Source of the DNA: Trichosphaerium sp. ATCC 40318
Taxonomy: Eukaryota; Protista; Tubulinea
Assembly (NCBI GenBank): GCA_038496445.1
Contig: JALMLS010000075.1
Coordinates: forward strand, 62,001 to 126,000
Length of the DNA: 64,000 nucleotides
Direction of reading: 5' to 3'
In this document: positions 52,228 to 64,000 of the stretch, in pieces
Layout of the letters: each line of letters starts with the position of its first letter
Numbering within the stretch: position 1 is the first letter of the stretch
Notes under the pieces: generated by a model
The model's input: the letters and a program-made list of their open reading frames with translations, nothing else
Database searches by the model: none
Told to the model about the DNA's origin: nothing
Translations under genes and position numbers: made by a program

Positions 52228-54301
52228 ATGTTTATTAGAGCAAATATTGGCTCGCAAATAACGCGATCGCATTTTGCTACTAGAGGCACACAAACGCATA
52301 GGAGAAGGCGTGACACTATATCATTGTTAAATGTGCTAACAACACTTGCAGATACTCAGTAGCGCGTGTAACCTCGCCTAAACATGTTAAAAGAGTCGAC
52401 ACGCGCTTTTCTTTGGCGTCTAAAACCCACTTTGCCCCAACAACACGAGTTTGGCACAGATTCCTTCAAGCGCCTTCCACGCTCTTTCCTCGTTGGTATT
52501 GTACAGTAAAAAACGAAAACACGTCAAAAGACACAAAAGCTACTTCAGCGCCAAAAGACAAACAAAAGCAAGAGAATACTTCGATAAGCTTTTTTGCGCG
52601 TCATTTCACAACCTCAGAGCCTCCTGACATTCAACGAATTCCAATTCTAGAGGAGCAACGCACTAGAGGTACGCATAGAGAGCGCTGTAGCTACCAAATG
52701 TAGACATTGATGGACATAATTTTTTTGAATTTGAAATGTTAACTGTTCCCTTCAAACGGCAAATCTATAACTTACGCTACACTAGCCGTCAATACAGTAG
52801 CTACAGCATTAGTCATGAATGTTTTCAATATGGTAGCGCGTTTTGGCGTTGCTAGTTTCACAGGTAACTCCTATTACGTCGCTGAAGCACCTTTAATTCT
52901 TTGTAGGTTCTTCTTCTATCCTTTCAGAGGCAATTCATTCCGTGGCTGATTGCGTCAATGAGAGTTTGTTGTTGATAGGCATCTTTGCACGTGATATTTT
53001 TTTTCACATTGATTTTTTTTAGCTGGTTATTGCTTCTAACATTGTATTGTAGCGATCTCACCGATCTCCTACGGCTGAGTACCCTTATGGATTCTCTGGT
53101 GAATTAAATGCTTACGCTTTAGTTTCAGCCGTTGGTGTTTTTTTCTTGGGCTGTGGTGCTTCTATTGGTCATGGACTTACATGTTTGATGGCACCTCACG
53201 ATGTTGAGTACCTTTGGGCCGCTATGGGGTTACTAGGTAACAATTTCTTCACATTTGGGATTCTGAGTTAACGTTTCTAGGTGTCACCATTATTTTTGAC
53301 TCCATCTCTATGATGAGGGCTTTATTCACCTTAAATGCGAATGCCAAAGAAACAAATTTGTCATTGTACAGCTATATTATGCGTGGAGATGATACAACAT
53401 GTATGTAAGGCTGTAGACACAGTTCTTTGGGATTTTTTTCATTTTTTTTCATTTTGGCTTTTGACTGGTACTTACATTATTCAAAAGCCGTTTCTGTACT
53501 TGTAGAGGATGCTACATCACTGGTATGTTACATTACTAGCGGTTTTCACGTTATTTTTTGATTGTTGTTTTTAACAATTTCTTTTTAGGTTGGTCAGGTT
53601 GTTGCTGCTACTTGTTTGACGCTGGCTGCTGTTACAGGTCATCCAATATTTGATCCTATTGGGTCCATTATAATTGGTGTTCTATTAGGTAAGCGTGTTG
53701 CATCCCTCGCCGTTTTTTTATCTTAACTTTGGGTCTTTTAGGATGTAGTGCTTGCTTTTTAGTAAAGCGGAACATGAGTGCTTTAGTACCTAGATCAGTA
53801 CCAGATGGAGAAAAAAAAGTAATTACTCAGGTTCTTAAAGACTCACCATTAGTTGATAAGGTTTACAAACTCAAAGCGGTACGTCTAAAGTACACTGTTT
53901 TTCAGACTTCTTTTGTTCCAAACGTCATGTGGCTTGTTTTTTTGACTTTAATAGGTTCAAATCGGTCCTAACGTGTCGAGAGTATCTGCTGATCTTGAAT
54001 ATAATGGTATATTTGTTGCAGAACGAGTTCTAGCCAAGATCAAGCTAGATGAAGTAGTTCCAGCAATAAAAACACATGATGATCTACGACAATTTTTGCT
54101 GTACTTTGGTATGTCTTGCTATCATTTCTTTTCTTGCTTTGCTTCAGAAACATGGTATATATTTCCCTGTATATTTTAACACGTAGTTTAGGAGAAAGCC
54201 TTCTTGAAGAGCTTGGTGATGAAGTTGACAAACTAGAAGTTGACATTAAGGCAGACTTACCAGATCGTGGTGTAATCCACATCGATTTTGAATCAAACTA
54301 A
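52228..54301 (+). CDS. Cation diffusion facilitator (SLC30A9/ZnT9/MTP7-like), likely mitochondrial
   Basis: GSSSILSEAIHSVAD, EYPYGF, SAVGVFFLGCG, VLVEDA, TGHPIFDPIGSIIIGVLLG, LGDEVDKLE..I.....HIDFE; R/S/T-rich presequence. Start is inferred. Confidence 0.88.
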
Positions 54302-54451
54302 ACCATTGTACATTCGCTTACGTAAGTAATAATAATAAATAAATCAAAAATTTTGGTTGCGCGCAAGTATTTAAGTCACAGACAAAGTTTAAGTTAAAGT
54401 TCACGAATTTGTGAAATAATCTTTATTACGCTATCGACAACGTTGGAGACG

Positions 54452-55308
54452 ATGCTTCAACTTGGTAAACAGATTAGCCCACTTACAAACTGGATACCAG
54501 ACAATGAGAGAACCCACTGTGGTTTTTGTCAGGTTAAGTTTAGATTTCCATCCCCTTCCAGGCATCACTGCAGGTATGTACTACCATCGCGCGTTGGAAA
54601 AGCCTTTTCCAACTCCGTCCTTTAAAAGCACAATTTTTCCTAAATTTAAGTCTCCAAAAGTGTTGTTATGGTACTGACACCGTACAAGGCGCTGTGGCGA
54701 AATCTACTGCAACGACTGTACAAACCTCCGTAGCAAGTTTCCGCCAGAGTACTCTTACAAATCCAAGCAACGCGTCTGTAATACCTGTTACTTCCTTTAC
54801 GATGGTCTGGGCTCGCTTTTGACGACTGGTGTGACTTTCCGCGTTATTGGGGTTCGTAAAGCGTTTCGAGCGAAACCAGCGCTACTATACGCCTATTGTC
54901 GTTTCTAATTATCGAGTTTTAGAGTCTTGCGATTTGTTCAAGATGGACTGAGCTAATCAGCGATTTCTATGAGGAAAGCCAGGATCTCATAGTAAAAGTA
55001 AAAGACTGTTGTCCGAATATCAAGCGCGGGATTCTTTGCATTGGCCTTAAAAAGATAAAGCTCTCACAAATACGGTACGTCTCGCTAGTGTTAATTTACG
55101 CGATATTACGTCGAATTCTGACTTTTAACGTGGTAGAAACGTTCAATGGAAAGTATCATCTCCAACAAACCTTGTTGTAATTAGCATGGATAAAGGAGAT
55201 ATTGTATTAATGCAACGTGATCCGTTTGTACCATCACACGAAGAAAAACCAAAGAATGTAGCGAAAGAGTTTGCTACCATTTTGAAAGAAATGTTAAAAA
55301 AAGTTTAA
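54452..55308 (+). CDS. FYVE zinc finger protein with C-terminal PH-like region
   Basis: WIPD...CGFC...F...RHHCRRCGEIYCNDC....RVCNTCY. Confidence 0.88.
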
Positions 55309-55660
55309 CACTTTTTTTTTTTGTACAAAGCATGACATGTATATAACGTAAATAAACCTGTACATATTGTAAACAACAACAATGAAGCTGTACAGGTCGA
55401 TACACTACAAAAACAAATCTCTCAGAGTCGCCAGGAAAGCAGTTTCAGAGTCTTTTTTTTGCGCACACAAACACAAGTTGCACGGCAGGCGAAGGTGTTG
55501 TTATTAAAAACCATGGTAACCTCAGTAGTAGTAGGGTAGCTTTGTGAATACTTTTAAAAGTCGTAACGCTTGAAAACAGCGAGACTTGTTCGGTGAAACA
55601 CTTAACGCGAAAAAAACCATAAGTTACCTTATTTTTAACCTAAAAAAACCCTTCAGCAAA

Positions 55661-57863
55661 ATGAGTGATAATGCAGACGAGAAAATGGATTTGAACGAAA
55701 CAGCAGATACGAATGATCTTGCGTTCTCCAATGACGCACAATTGGTTGACAGTGATTACGACGATGATGGGTATTACTCCGCAGCGTCACTCTCTTCAGG
55801 AGCAGAAGACTTTATGTTTGATGACGAACCGAAATCAACACCACAGGCTACAATTCCGCCAAATTCATCTGGAAATGCTCCAGAAGTTGGACCTAACTCC
55901 AATAATAATATTGAGCTGATGATAAGCTTCAAAGATGACCTTTACCCTGTAACCGTACCAAAAAGCGCCACAGTCAAGCAATTAAAAGATGCAGTATGCG
56001 CAAAGACAGGTGTTGTACCAGATAGACAAACGTTTATTGGTTTCAAAGACAGTGTGCGCGATCTGCTTGCAATGAACGAGGTACGCGTTTTTTATCTATT
56101 TTAAATCAAAATGAGCTAATTGCAGTATTTTTGTCATCACCAGACATTTTAAATTGTCTTTGTACAACTGTCCTCTACGTTTTTTTTTCATTTAATGAAA
56201 TTCTGTTTACTCGTTATCTCCGACCTTGTATTTTAGTAATACTTTTCTAGTTTCCTTTAGAAGCTCTTGGTATTGAACATCTACAAAGCGTGCTGTTGCA
56301 GGAAAAGTTTCTGGCTCCAGAAAACCCGTTTGAGTGCGTGCTTGACAAACTGTTGTGTTTTTTTATTTGTTGGCTGTTGTTAACGCTTCATAGGAGTGGA
56401 AAATTAAATGTAAATGATCTATCGCAGTTACTCGATACTACAGCTGTAGATGAAAAGGAATTCACAGCCAAGTTTGAAGTACGTGAGTTGTTAATGCCAT
56501 TTTTTTTCAACTTGTATTTTTTTTGACACTTTGGTTTTTTTTGTCTAACTTTTTATGTATAGGAAGACTATGGCTCAACACATCCTATATTCCTCGGAGG
56601 ATCTTATTCAGAAACAGCTAAATTAGCGAAAAGTTCATTTAGATTAATGGTCGTGAATTTACAGGCCAACAAAACTCAGAATAATTTGTACTGCAGGTAT
56701 GTTACACGACACTTGTATTATTGTTATAATTGCATTGTGATTGTTGATGAGATTCATGTACTAACATAAGCGGTTAGGAACGTACTCACCAATCCCAATC
56801 TCGCGCAGTTCTGTTCTCTCAATTTCCTGTTCTGGGTTGGCTTTTTAGATGAAGAGAAGGAGCAACAGATTAAGGATTTGACAGGTGTTACTTTTCAATT
56901 TCCTTTCTTGGCTGTTGTTGGTCATTTAGAAACTGGTTTCAATGTATTAGAAGTAATGCAGGTACGTAACAAACAATTAAAAACAAAGTCAATGTAAAAA
57001 AATTAACTTTTTAATATTAGGGTGCCCAACTGGTTGATCCTGACAATTTGATGGCTAAGCTAATGCAAGTCCAAGAAAACTCCAAGGCGTCTCTCGACAA
57101 GGCGCGCATTACCTAGTACGTTTAAAAACAAGAAAGATTACAAGTGTTTTTTGGTATCTAATGAAAAATAATAGTAACCGACGTCAAGCTGAACGACGAG
57201 TTGTTGAAGAACAAAACTATGCATTTAATAGAAGTTTACTAGAAGATCAAGAAAAGGAAAGAAAAAGAAAGGAAGAAGCAGACCGTGTTGCTCTTGGTAA
57301 ATAACAACGAGTCCAACTGTATTTATTGTTCTAAATTACTCTTCTAGAGAAGGAAACAAAGGAATCAAAACTCAAGGCTGCTAGAGAGGCTTGCCTCAAA
57401 GCACTCAGTGAACTTCCAGCAGCGCCATCAGCAGAAGAGTTGCAGGGACAAAGGTATGTGTTTGCAGTGTATAGATGTAGTTTCCTGCTAACTAACCTTT
57501 ATTGTAGAGCCGCAACACTTGCAATCAAATTACCAGATGGATCTCGCATAAAGAGGACTTTTCCACCAGATGTTACTTTCCAGGTATTTTACGACTCTAG
57601 TTGCAGTGTGCTTACATTTTTTCCTTAAGGCTGTACTTACTTTAGCTGCTGGAACGATTGCGGAGCGTCTTACGGATACAACGTTCCTGGACGACTCAAC
57701 GCCATTCGATCACCCAGATCCTAAGCCATGGAGTATAGAAAGCTATGAGTTTGTTGCAAACTACCCAAGGCGTGTTTTCCACACGGATTCAGCGCCAAAA
57801 ACTTTAAAAGAGCTCGGTTTATATCCGCAAGCAATGTTGTTTTTACAACCTAGAAGAACCTAA
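55661..57863 (+). CDS. FAF1-like UBL-UAS-coiled coil-UBX protein (p97 adaptor)
   Basis: UBL ATVKQLKDAV..KTGVVPDRQ; UAS FEEDYGSTHPIFLGGSY, FPFLAVV; EQNYAFNRSL.EDQEKE; UBX IKLPDGSRIKRTF...NYPRR...TLKELGLYPQAMLF. Confidence 0.9.
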
Positions 57864-58108
57864 GAGATAAATATTGAGAAGGTTAAAAAAAACTAGTCGC
57901 GAAGGATACCAAAAAACAAGTGATGAGATCGCTCTCTTTGTAAATAATAGGCATTAAATGACCCTGTACAAACTCTACTCGTGTTGTTGAGGCTTTATTG
58001 CGCTTTTTGATGTTAGCGAGCGCTCTTGTGTCTTTTTTTTTGAGGTTTTTTTTCTTGTCTTTGAAATTCTTCTACTTGGCGAAGTACTCAGTTTTACAAT
58101 ATTCTACA

Positions 58109-59051
58109 ATGTCGAAAGTATCAAGAGAACAGCTTAAAAACATCATCCTTGGGTTTGTAAAACTATTTGATGACCGTGCGTTTGTTGGGTACTTGAAAAC
58201 CTTAAACAAGAACGAAACGAATATCACCAGCGCTGTGGATACCAAACAAAAAGAAATAATACGTGCCAACGGTGTAGAACCAATTGATGGTTTCAATGCT
58301 CTCAGACAAGCAAACATCACCTACAAAGGTACAAATAACAGATTGTTGAAGGTCCAAAATGGCCGGAACGCAAAAAAAACCTTCATCTGCATACAAACGC
58401 GCTACAACCTCGTATTTTTGTATGACGATATATATTCTAACCAATACTAGGTGATCAAGAGTTATTACGCCTTCTTACAATGTGTGCTGTAAAGGAAGAG
58501 TCTGCAGGTACATGACGTTCCAAAAGAGTAAATTGTGCTGATTTCCCTTCAAAGTCGCCGTTGCTATGGGAGAAGTGCCAGCTGAGATACAACAAATGAC
58601 AAGAGATCCTCATAAAATGCGTCAAATGACCGAACAGCTTAAAGCTAAGCTAAAGGAGGTTGAAGAGCAATCAAAGAACGAGGTAGGAAGGCAACTCATT
58701 GTCTTACATCTGAATTAACGGTTTTTTTTTTTCAATTTTCTTTTTTTCTTCATTATTTGAGAACTGATTGTTTTTGATTTAGACCTTCAATGAGCAACAA
58801 CGTGAACAATTCAGAGTCGTACACATGATGTTGTCAAACCGTAAGTACTCGTTTTAGTCTTATTTACAAGCCTTTTACACTGCTTTCTGCAGTAGCTAGA
58901 GGCGCTTATTTATTTGTATTTTTTTTTTGTTTTTTGACAGCAATGTTAATACCTAAACGTAGAAATCGCACAAATGGAAGGTGCATGCAACGAAGCAATA
59001 TCTACTGGTGCCAAGGAAGAAGGTCCACAATCCCTAGACATGGAAGAGTAG
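58109..59051 (+). CDS. Helical hypothetical protein (weak resemblance to protein C10)
   Basis: Spliced ORF MSKVSREQLKNII...SLDMEE*. Confidence 0.5.
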
Positions 59052-59254
59052 AATTGAATTTTTTGTACATTTCGTTGTCAAAAGAAAGAAACTTTACCTC
59101 TCATTGCCGCGTATTACTATGAGCAAAGCACAAGTGCTGCCTCTCATCATGATGTACATCAGTGACACCTGACCTTTGTTCATTAATGACGTTGACTTTA
59201 GTTTTTTTGTCTGTTCTTAAAGCGTACGCGTTAAACAAGCGTTAAAACACAAAC

Positions 59255-59944
59255 ATGTCGGCCATACGCCTCGCGCGTATGAAGCGCTGGTCTTGGAAGC
59301 CTCCACATAAACAAACTCACCCTCTTATGAAGTATTCCAAGTCTTGCCACTTTAAATGGAGTCCTTGGGCGCCATTTGACAACGATGCGCTTCAACTCGC
59401 TATGAATTTGGTCAGAACTGAAGTATGGGGTTTTACAAGGCTAACCAAGTTTGTAATGACCGAAGAGATTGTTTCTAGCCAAAGAGAGGCACTTACAACA
59501 AGACCAACAATGCACGTTGTATTAAGTACGTAGGGCTTCCCCTCTTCGCTAGAGTCCTCACGAAGCAAATTTAAAACAAAAACACTACCTTCTTGGCTTA
59601 TTTAGTATTCTTTTATCTATTAGAGCATTAATCAAGCGTAATACTAACCAGTACTGTAAAGTGAACGACGAAGAAATTACATTTGACTTGACGGTGGTTC
59701 CACTGACGCGCGTCACAGAAGAGCTAATAGCTAGAAGAGAATGGTTCGATTTTAACCTAGAATGGTGAGTTAACGCCTAAGATTTCGTCAAAAACAGATT
59801 TTTTAACCAAAACATCTTTTAAACAGGGAGCGTACTCATTGGGATAACGTTGACGATGATTTGGAAACACTTGAAGAAGAATTAAAGATCATCGAAGAAA
59901 CAAAACAGAAGCTCCAAAAGTCGAAAAAGAAGAACAAATCATAA
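59255..59944 (+). CDS. Small mitochondrial-type protein, possibly ribosomal mL53-like
   Basis: R/K-rich N-terminus; F.W.PW...PTMHVVL.N.EEITFDL pattern reminiscent of mL53. The family call is tentative. Confidence 0.4.
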
Positions 59945-60299
59945 GAGCTTTCTTTGGCCTTTATTTTTCTCTTCTCTTCTCTTCTCTTTATTGTCAATGA
60001 TGTATCTGGAGAACATAGTGTTGTCTTCTATGATTTCACGTGTTGTTCTTCTTATATTGTATTTATAACAACGATGACAACAAAGCACAAAACGAAAAGA
60101 TATCTTTTGCTTTTTTGGATTTTTTTTTGGATCCAGAATTATGTGTAATAAAACAAACTTGTTTAAACACGTAGCTTTCAATACTGTACCCAATAATGTC
60201 TTAGATATTGTCAACATCGAAACAAGTTCCAAAGTATTCTAGTACAAGATCTGCACTCTTAGTTATGAAAGTTGTTTTACTTGCACGTGAAATCATTTG

Positions 60300-62877
60300 G
60301 ATTAGCGTGGTTTGGCATGTTGTTATCCGTCCAGTCCTTCAACCTTATCATTTATGAAGTCGTTGGAGACTTAACCCGAAAAAAACTAGAAAACAGCGTG
60401 GACAAAAACTAATTGTTTGTACTGAGTACGAACAATCTGCGCATAATCAATGAATAAAATGAGTTTAAAGTACTTTAGCTGTTCCACAAAAATGTAACAA
60501 TAATCTCAAGGTGTACCACGTGCGACAGTGAAGTACTCTATGGTATCTAAATGGAGAATACTTCAGATGGATGTGGACTAGCACCAATGAACAACGGGTT
60601 ATAAAGTACTGAACGCAAGCAGCTCTAAAGAATCTGTATAGGTGTAGCGCTAACAAGTTCGTATAATCTACACATCTATTGCTCCACCATGAACACTTTT
60701 ACCTTCTGCCAACTTGTCCGGTGACTTATAATATGTGTAGGACAATTGAGCATAAATTGTATGCCATGCAAGAGGTGGTTGACACTTTGAACTTTAAGTA
60801 AATTTCAACACCATTTTATACGGTTTGATGTATTCATTGTTTCATCCTGTACAGTTTTTTTTTTCTTATTTTTGCATGAAGTTCTATCTAAACATCTAAC
60901 TAATGCTATGTGTAGTTGTTAATACCGTTATACATTTAACTAACCACCTACAATTGATTAGTTTTCATAAATGTTCGTTTTTCATTTCTTACTTTTGTAC
61001 TGATTTCTTCTCTGATCTATCAACAAAACGGTGCCAGATAAACTGATGCGTTGGATATAATTTGCCTAATACTTGAGGGAAGTATGGTATCATGCCTCCT
61101 CCCTGGAGGTTTTTCAATTGCATGTCAGATACGTGATACCTAAAAAAATTTAGTTGGCATTCAAAAATATGTTTCTTTAGGTTGGCTTAAATTTGCTTGC
61201 CACAGCCTTCATATTATGTATACTCGGTTTTTATCAAAGTAAAAAGTAATATACACATGTTTTGAGTTGTAGTACCACATTAAAAGTAAACTGGTGATGG
61301 GACTTGTTTTTATAGGAACTCGCTTGCACATGGCTTTTGAGAAAAAAATTTAAAGAAAAATCTCCTTACCAATCGTCTGGCTGTATAATACCCATTCTAC
61401 CTTTAACATACTCTAGAAACTTTGACATATTAGGCCAATGTTGCCAATATTTTGCAGGATTACGTGGTAGATCATTACTGTATACGTTGTTAATAGCTTG
61501 CTCAAAAAAACCAAAACAAAAAAAAGCGTGCCTGAACTGCCAGTTATGTTTTGGATACAGGAACTTTAACGTATTCTCCAAATTCTTATGTCTAGAGTAT
61601 AAAATTACAAAACAGTGATTCAAAAAAAATTTATAGAGTAAGTCATTGTAAAGAACTGTCAGAAAAAAATAAGAAATTAGTTACTTGACATGTCTTCTCG
61701 TACATTTTCAATACTGTAGCAAATGGACCTTGTATGTCTGAGTACCGTGCAGAATGCCATCCGTCAACATCTTTTATACGTAAAGTCTGAGCTAGATTAT
61801 CAGCTGCATCTTGGACATTATTGATATTCGACCAGTAACCCTGTGGTGCATTCCTACAAAAAACAAAAAAACTTTAGTAAAAAGCAAACAAAGCATAAAA
61901 AAACCTATTGTTTCCTCAATTTAAAGCGTACTTGAACTTAGTTGGATCCCACTGATATTCAGGATATATTGCGCATAATGTCTTATACGGACTATCTCCA
62001 TACCTTGTTGCTGTATTAGAGTAGATAGACGTTCAGTAGAAGGAGTACCTTTCAAGTATACGAAAAGCACCAAGCTGTCTTATGTCGTCAAGTGTCACTG
62101 AATACCAAGCTTCAAAACCGTTTAGATTTAACCTCCTTGCCAGTTCATCATATTTATTTCTTTGGTGACCTATACAGCTCCAGTAATTACTCGGACTATG
62201 TCTAAAGAAATCAGTTAACTCAAATACCTTTTTTCAGAAAAGAAGTATGAAAAAAGGCGATTTCTGACAGACAGGCCACTGGGAATCCCTCAAAGAAGTG
62301 GGGCGTGGCACTGCTTGTAGTCATTGCATGCGTGTAAAATACTTTGATGTTCAACCAGAATGTGGTAACAAAGAAACAGTTAAAAAACCGAAATGTCAGT
62401 TTTGTCGTACAGGAAATTCCACTCAACCCACTTGTCATAGGGATATAATGTCTTTAGAGTTGTACAAACAGAATCTCCATGCCTTAGTAAGTACGTCAGA
62501 GGCCGTTAGCGTTATAATAGAAGCTGTACCGTGCTATAATTCCTCTACCACCGTTTTCAACGACGTCGTCTCCTGAAACGTCGTACCAATCGTCTTTTGT
62601 AAAGACTCGAAGCTTTCTTGCCAATACAATACTGAAGAATGTAGCTTGTGACTCTATTAGATTCCAAGTCCCTGGTTTATTGCGTCGTTGGCCTGCAGGA
62701 TGTTTTTTAGTCCTCGTTACTGGTTTAAACTTAGGCGTCAGTATTTTCATCACCCATTGTCTACCACGCGTAAGAGAGATGGTATTGGTGTAGCTGAAAG
62801 CCCAATAACAGATTCAGAGTACAAACAAACCAAACAGATTTATACAACTCGCCAGAGATAGCAAAGCATTCCTCCAT
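60300..62877 (-). CDS. Second Trp-rich helical-repeat protein (paralog of 12369-14838)
   Basis: Repeats such as PGTWN..SQ..FF...DDWYDVS..DV..NGG, PSNYWSCIGHQRNKYDELA..LNL...EAWY, PQGYWSNINN, PAKYWQHWPN. Ends approximate. Confidence 0.65.
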
Positions 62878-63168
62878 GCGTACCGTACGGAAAGGAGGCA
62901 GATAGAATAATACCGTTTCTATTCGACACTAATTTGGTGCTAAAACGAAGGAAACAAGATCAACAATATCCAAGACAACCCGTTGTAATGCGTTTGTACA
63001 AAAATTTGCTACTGTGACTTATGTAAACTGTCTCTCACAGTTGTGCACGTGACTGTCTTTTTATCACCTTCACATTGCAAACAGCAAGCGTTAGAAAGGT
63101 TTTGCTTGCAAGTGTCACATTTTTTGGGTTCGAATGGTGCCTTAACATTGACAAGAAAATAAACTAGG

Positions 63169-64000
63169 ATGACCTCCTTTCTATTGGCATTTGCTGCCAT
63201 TATATTTGTTGTTAGTGCGTCTGGAACTACAGATGGGTACAAAGGAATAAAAACACCAACAGGTAACCAAGAAGAGTCTAACTTTACGCTGTAATGTTGT
63301 AAAGGGTACACGTCAATACTGAAGCATGGTAATAGCTCTGTTTGGACAGTGGATGCTGGTACACTTATTTAATTTGTAATTGCACATTTACACCTTGTTT
63401 TCGCCAAAGAACCAAGCTGGTTATTAAAAAATCGTACACTAGCCTGTTTTGAGGCATTTACGGTCTTTTTTGGCTCTTACTAATTCAGTGCTTGCTAATA
63501 CACTCTTAGAAGGAGCGTATGTACATCCAATATACATTGTTAACCTGTATGGTGATCATTATACAATGGGTTATGATTACGGATACATGTTGGCAGGTAA
63601 CGTCCATAAACGTGATAAATCAACAGTTATTCAACGTCTCAAACAAATGACACGCGTTGTCATAAATGACACGCGCTGTTGAGCTACGAAACGGTTTTTT
63701 TTTTGCACTCACAATCTTTTTTTTTCCTTTTTTTCTGTTTTTAACCTATTGATTAGATAAGATTCAGGAAATGTTTCCAAGCTTCATAAAGCACTTTTTG
63801 CCTTACTCTTGGGAGCAATTTGTACTTGAGGAGTTTCTTGACTGGCAGTGGGATTCTTATTTATCCAAACAAGTACCTAAAGAGTATTTTGAAGAGCTCA
63901 AGTACGTAATAGTTTTTTTTTGACATTAAACTTTTCCTCAAAACAAGAAATGTTTGTCATTTGATGTCTGGGTTAAAAATAAACAAATGATAGTATTAAT
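63169..64000 (+). CDS. Secreted Dcd1-like / Ntn-hydrolase (C45-like) protein, 3'-truncated
   Basis: Signal peptide MTSFLLAFAAIIFVVSA; IVNLYGDHYTMGYDYGYML...LDWQW....VPKEYFEEL. Confidence 0.6.

Noticed and set aside
63009-63311. Cys-rich minus-strand ORF resembling Rbx1/APC11
   Set aside because: It lacks the RING-H2 His/Cys ligands and overlaps antisense with the signal-peptide exon of the Dcd1-like gene.

Overview
Gene-dense, intron-rich eukaryotic nuclear DNA (roughly 35% GC by eye). Introns are short, mostly 35-120 nt, with GTACGT-like donors and CTAAC/TTAAC/CTGAC branch points. The gene content (Clu domain, tandem SH2, Zn2Cys6, Dcd1-like, RasS-like P-loop) suggests an amoebozoan-type protist; this is inference. 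I reconstructed about 34 protein genes by manual splicing, plus two tRNAs. The key finding is absent from the ORF track: a 4-exon minus-strand gene (48499-48958) encoding a 96-aa DUF427 (NTP_transf_9)-family protein. It has an in-frame UGA exactly at the family's conserved Cys, and a well-formed GUGA-type form-II SECIS about 50 nt after the stop, so it is a candidate new eukaryotic selenoprotein. Other notable items: an initiator tRNA-Met nested in an actin intron; a tRNA-Phe embedded in a 72-bp inverted duplication; a Ras intron apparently ending in GG; a ZZ-finger carboxylic-acid-reductase gene next to a Zn2Cys6 factor and an intronless tandem DOPA-dioxygenase; and two paralogous Trp-rich helical-repeat proteins, one ending in a PD-(D/E)XK/RAP-like domain. 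All exon models and family calls were made by eye, without database searches.
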